Source: Beijerinckiaceae bacterium (GTDB lineage: Bacteria > Pseudomonadota > Alphaproteobacteria > Rhizobiales > Beijerinckiaceae). From it: a stretch of DNA of 64,000 bases. The notes beneath the pieces were generated by a model that did not search any database, was not told where the DNA came from, and saw nothing but the letters and a program-made list of their open reading frames with translations. A program made the translations under genes and the position numbers. Shown one piece after another: positions 60,565 through 64,000 of this stretch. The DNA is taken from positions 434 to 64,433 of the forward strand of contig CANJPM010000003.1 in NCBI GenBank assembly GCA_947476075.1. Direction: 5' to 3'. Position 1 is the first letter of the stretch. Every line of letters starts with the position of its first letter.

Positions 60565-60902
60565 TTGGCTTCCTCCTCCGGACTCAGCTCCAGTTCGCCG
60601 GTGTCGGCCAGACGTGCCCGCACCAGCGCAACGCGGGCGTCGATCTCATCCTGCGTGAGGATTCCCTTGTCGACCATCTGGCGCTGAAGCGAGGCCGTCC
60701 AGCGCTCGTAATAGGACAGGCGCTCGTAAACGTCGTGCCCAAGCTGTTCGATGGTGCGGCGGTTCTCATGGCTGATGACGATGCGCTTGGCGCCGATGAC
60801 GCCGCGCAAACCATCTATCTGCTTCTCCCAGAACGCCAATTCGTGCGTTGAGGGATCTACCGGGCCATCCTCAAGGCCGCCAACGTCATTAGGACCGCGC
60901 AT
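60555..60902 (-). CDS. Nitrile hydratase beta N-terminal half (ScnB-like subunit)
   Basis: PNDVGG, FWEK, ENRRTIEQL, YERLSYYERW, DKGILT.DE; GGGGAGAG RBS. Confidence 0.9.
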   Translation of the reverse strand: MRGPNDVGGLEDGPVDPSTHELAFWEKQIDGLRGVIGAKRIVISHENRRTIEQLGHDVYERLSYYERWTASLQRQMVDKGILTQDEIDARVALVRARLADTGELELSPEEEAKCR

Positions 60903-61017
60903 GTTCTCTCCCCATATTGGAACGATCATGCAGTGACGCGGGAACCTGCGCAAGCCTGATGCAAACGTGGCGCAAAAAGTCTAGTCTAAGCATATGCCTT
61001 CAACAGGAATGCAGCGC

Positions 61018-61455
61018 ATGGAACATCTCTTTACGCGTTTCGCCAATTCCGTCTCGCGCGCAGCCGGACGGCCGCTGACGTTCGTGATCTGCTGCGGCTC
61101 GATTGTGCTTTGGGCCGCCACCGGCCCCTTGTTTGGCTTTTCGGACACCTGGCAATTGGCGGTCAACACGTCGACCACCATCATCACCTTCCTGATGGTG
61201 TTCCTGATCCAGAACACGCAAAACCGCGACGGCGCAGCTATCCAGGCAAAGCTCGACGAATTGCTGCGCGCAGTGTCTGACGCGCGCAACGAGTTCATCG
61301 GCATTGAGCATTTAACAGAAGAAGAGTTGGACGAAATCCGCAAGGACATCGAGCGCGCAGCCTATGGCGACGACCTCGACGACCCCGAGGGCAAGCGCAA
61401 GCTGGAACTGCTGCGCGCTTCGTTCTTGCGCATGTCCGCCACGCGAACGACCTAG
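61018..61455 (+). CDS. Low-affinity iron permease (Fet4-like) family protein
   Basis: LWAATGPLFGFSDTWQLAVNTSTTIITFLMVFLIQNTQNRD..AIQAKLDELL. Confidence 0.9.
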   Translation: MEHLFTRFANSVSRAAGRPLTFVICCGSIVLWAATGPLFGFSDTWQLAVNTSTTIITFLMVFLIQNTQNRDGAAIQAKLDELLRAVSDARNEFIGIEHLTEEELDEIRKDIERAAYGDDLDDPEGKRKLELLRASFLRMSATRTT

Positions 61456-61462
61456 CGCCAGC

Positions 61463-62965
<1,503 letters not shown>

Positions 62966-63106
62966 TCAAGCGGCCAAGCCGCTAAAACAGGAGAGAGCGC
63001 GGGAATCTCTTCTCGCGCTGCATTGACGCCGGCTCTTAGCACGGGGGCCGCCGGGCGCAAAGGGCCGCTCAGGGCGAAGGAGGAAAGAAGACGCGCCCGC
63101 CCGCAA

Positions 63107-63610
63107 TCAGTACGACCAGCCCTCGGGCAAATCGCCGGACGCGTCCTCCAGCAGGTCGCCGCCGGGAGAAAAGTCGCCCTTGGCGGGTGAGGCGTTCGAC
63201 TTGGGCTTCCGGTTGGCTATCGTTCGTTCTACAGCGAGCTTTGTGCTTTCACGCTTCAGGAAGCTGCCGAATTCGTGCTTGTACTGGACTTCAAGTTTCA
63301 CAGTAGAAGACACGTCTCCTCCCTGAACCTTCACAACGACGATTCCAGAATTGCCGATCTGGTTGATTTTGTGCTGTTCCATCACGCGAGCCAGGAGCGC
63401 TCGGCCCTCTGACAATCGCTGGGTCTCCGAGCGCGGCGCCCCGCCGACAGAAGCCAACGCCACCTGTGTCGCCACGGAATCGAGCGTGTCTCGAAACTCG
63501 ACGAGCCTCAAATATTCAACGACCATGAGCCCGCCCAAAGTAAGCGGCAGGAGCAAGATGGCTATCGCAACGCCAAAAGAGCCCCTTTTATCGCGCACAA
63601 AGCGCTTCAT
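63107..63610 (-). CDS. TadE/TadG-like Flp pilus assembly protein
   Basis: MKRFVRDKRGSFGVAIAILLLPL (prepilin-like RG plus hydrophobic helix), LDSVATQVALAS. Confidence 0.7.
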   Translation of the reverse strand: MKRFVRDKRGSFGVAIAILLLPLTLGGLMVVEYLRLVEFRDTLDSVATQVALASVGGAPRSETQRLSEGRALLARVMEQHKINQIGNSGIVVVKVQGGDVSSTVKLEVQYKHEFGSFLKRESTKLAVERTIANRKPKSNASPAKGDFSPGGDLLEDASGDLPEGWSY

Positions 63611-63681
63611 TAAAACTCGCATCGAACAATCCATTCGTCAAAAAAGTGACTCGAAATTCGGCGCGCCTTAAAAAATCCGGC

Positions 63682-63697
63682 GTTAGGGAATTGTTAA
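63682..63697 (-). promoter_or_regulatory. Possible CtrA box upstream of the Tad-like gene
   Basis: Minus strand TTAA-CAATTCC-CTAAC versus TTAA-N7-TTAAC (one mismatch) in an AT-rich intergenic region. Confidence 0.35.
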
Positions 63698-63877
63698 TCA
63701 GCCGGGGGGAGAGCGGCAATTCAAAGGGCGATTAAGCAATAAAATTAAGGATTAAAGACCCAATCGACGCGGGGGATTGCGCACTTTCGTTCCTTGACGT
63801 ACGCGGGCGCGATGACCAACATGGGGCCTCAAAATGGATCCGAAGCCTGAATTTCGGAAAGAGCCAGCGGTGGAAAC

Positions 63878-64000
63878 GTGAAAGTATTTGTCTTCGATCT
63901 CCTGCCCTATGACACCCATCTTGCGCATTTGAAGCAGGCGGATGGCGAGCTGCCCTACCCGCTCAGCAAAATTCATTGCGACCCCAAAATCGTCGCCCGC
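63878..64000 (+). CDS. Start of a probable LLM-class flavin-dependent oxidoreductase (runs off the window)
   Basis: GTG start, MKVFVFDLLPYDTHL...LPYPL...DPKI; only 41 codons visible. Confidence 0.5.
   Translation, partial: MKVFVFDLLPYDTHLAHLKQADGELPYPLSKIHCDPKIVAR

Noticed and set aside
60903-61017. Sigma-54 promoter for the scn-like operon
   Set aside because: TGGCGC is present on the + strand but has no correctly spaced TTGC, and there is no match on the minus strand.

Overview
Alphaproteobacterial (Rhizobiales/Hyphomicrobiales-like) chromosomal window. Positions 1 to ~24.3 kb form an accessory surface-glycan and secretion region that is visibly more AT-rich up to ~19 kb. It holds a type I secretion ABC/MFP pair, a divergent XRE regulator plus unknown protein, wzm/wzt bracketed by decayed IS481 copies, a two-module GT4, a four-part ParB/Srx-like + FkbM methyltransferase + coiled-coil + GT fusion, gmd, further GT4s, a WaaL-like ligase and WbpM/WbpV/WbpL-like genes, with two IS3 remnants. 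From ~24.3 to 53 kb the window is mostly GC-rich housekeeping DNA: gmk, yicC, mltG, fabF-acpP-fabG-fabD, rpsF-rpsR-rplI, dnaB, alr, hemJ, radA, cvpA, purF, der and a cobalamin riboswitch with btuB. A small AT-rich islet at the guaA 3' end carries an MNT-HEPN toxin-antitoxin pair between palindromic repeats and an orphan TIR (CAP12/Pycsar-type) protein with an unknown N-terminal domain. Between rsmB and guaB lies a three-gene, split-beta, cobalt nitrile-hydratase-family operon in thiocyanate hydrolase (scnB-scnA-scnC) order, with no activator gene. Best novelty candidates are the orphan TIR protein, the scnBAC-like operon and the ParB/Srx-methyltransferase glycan-capping fusion. All family assignments come from motif recognition and recalled sequences; no searches were run.
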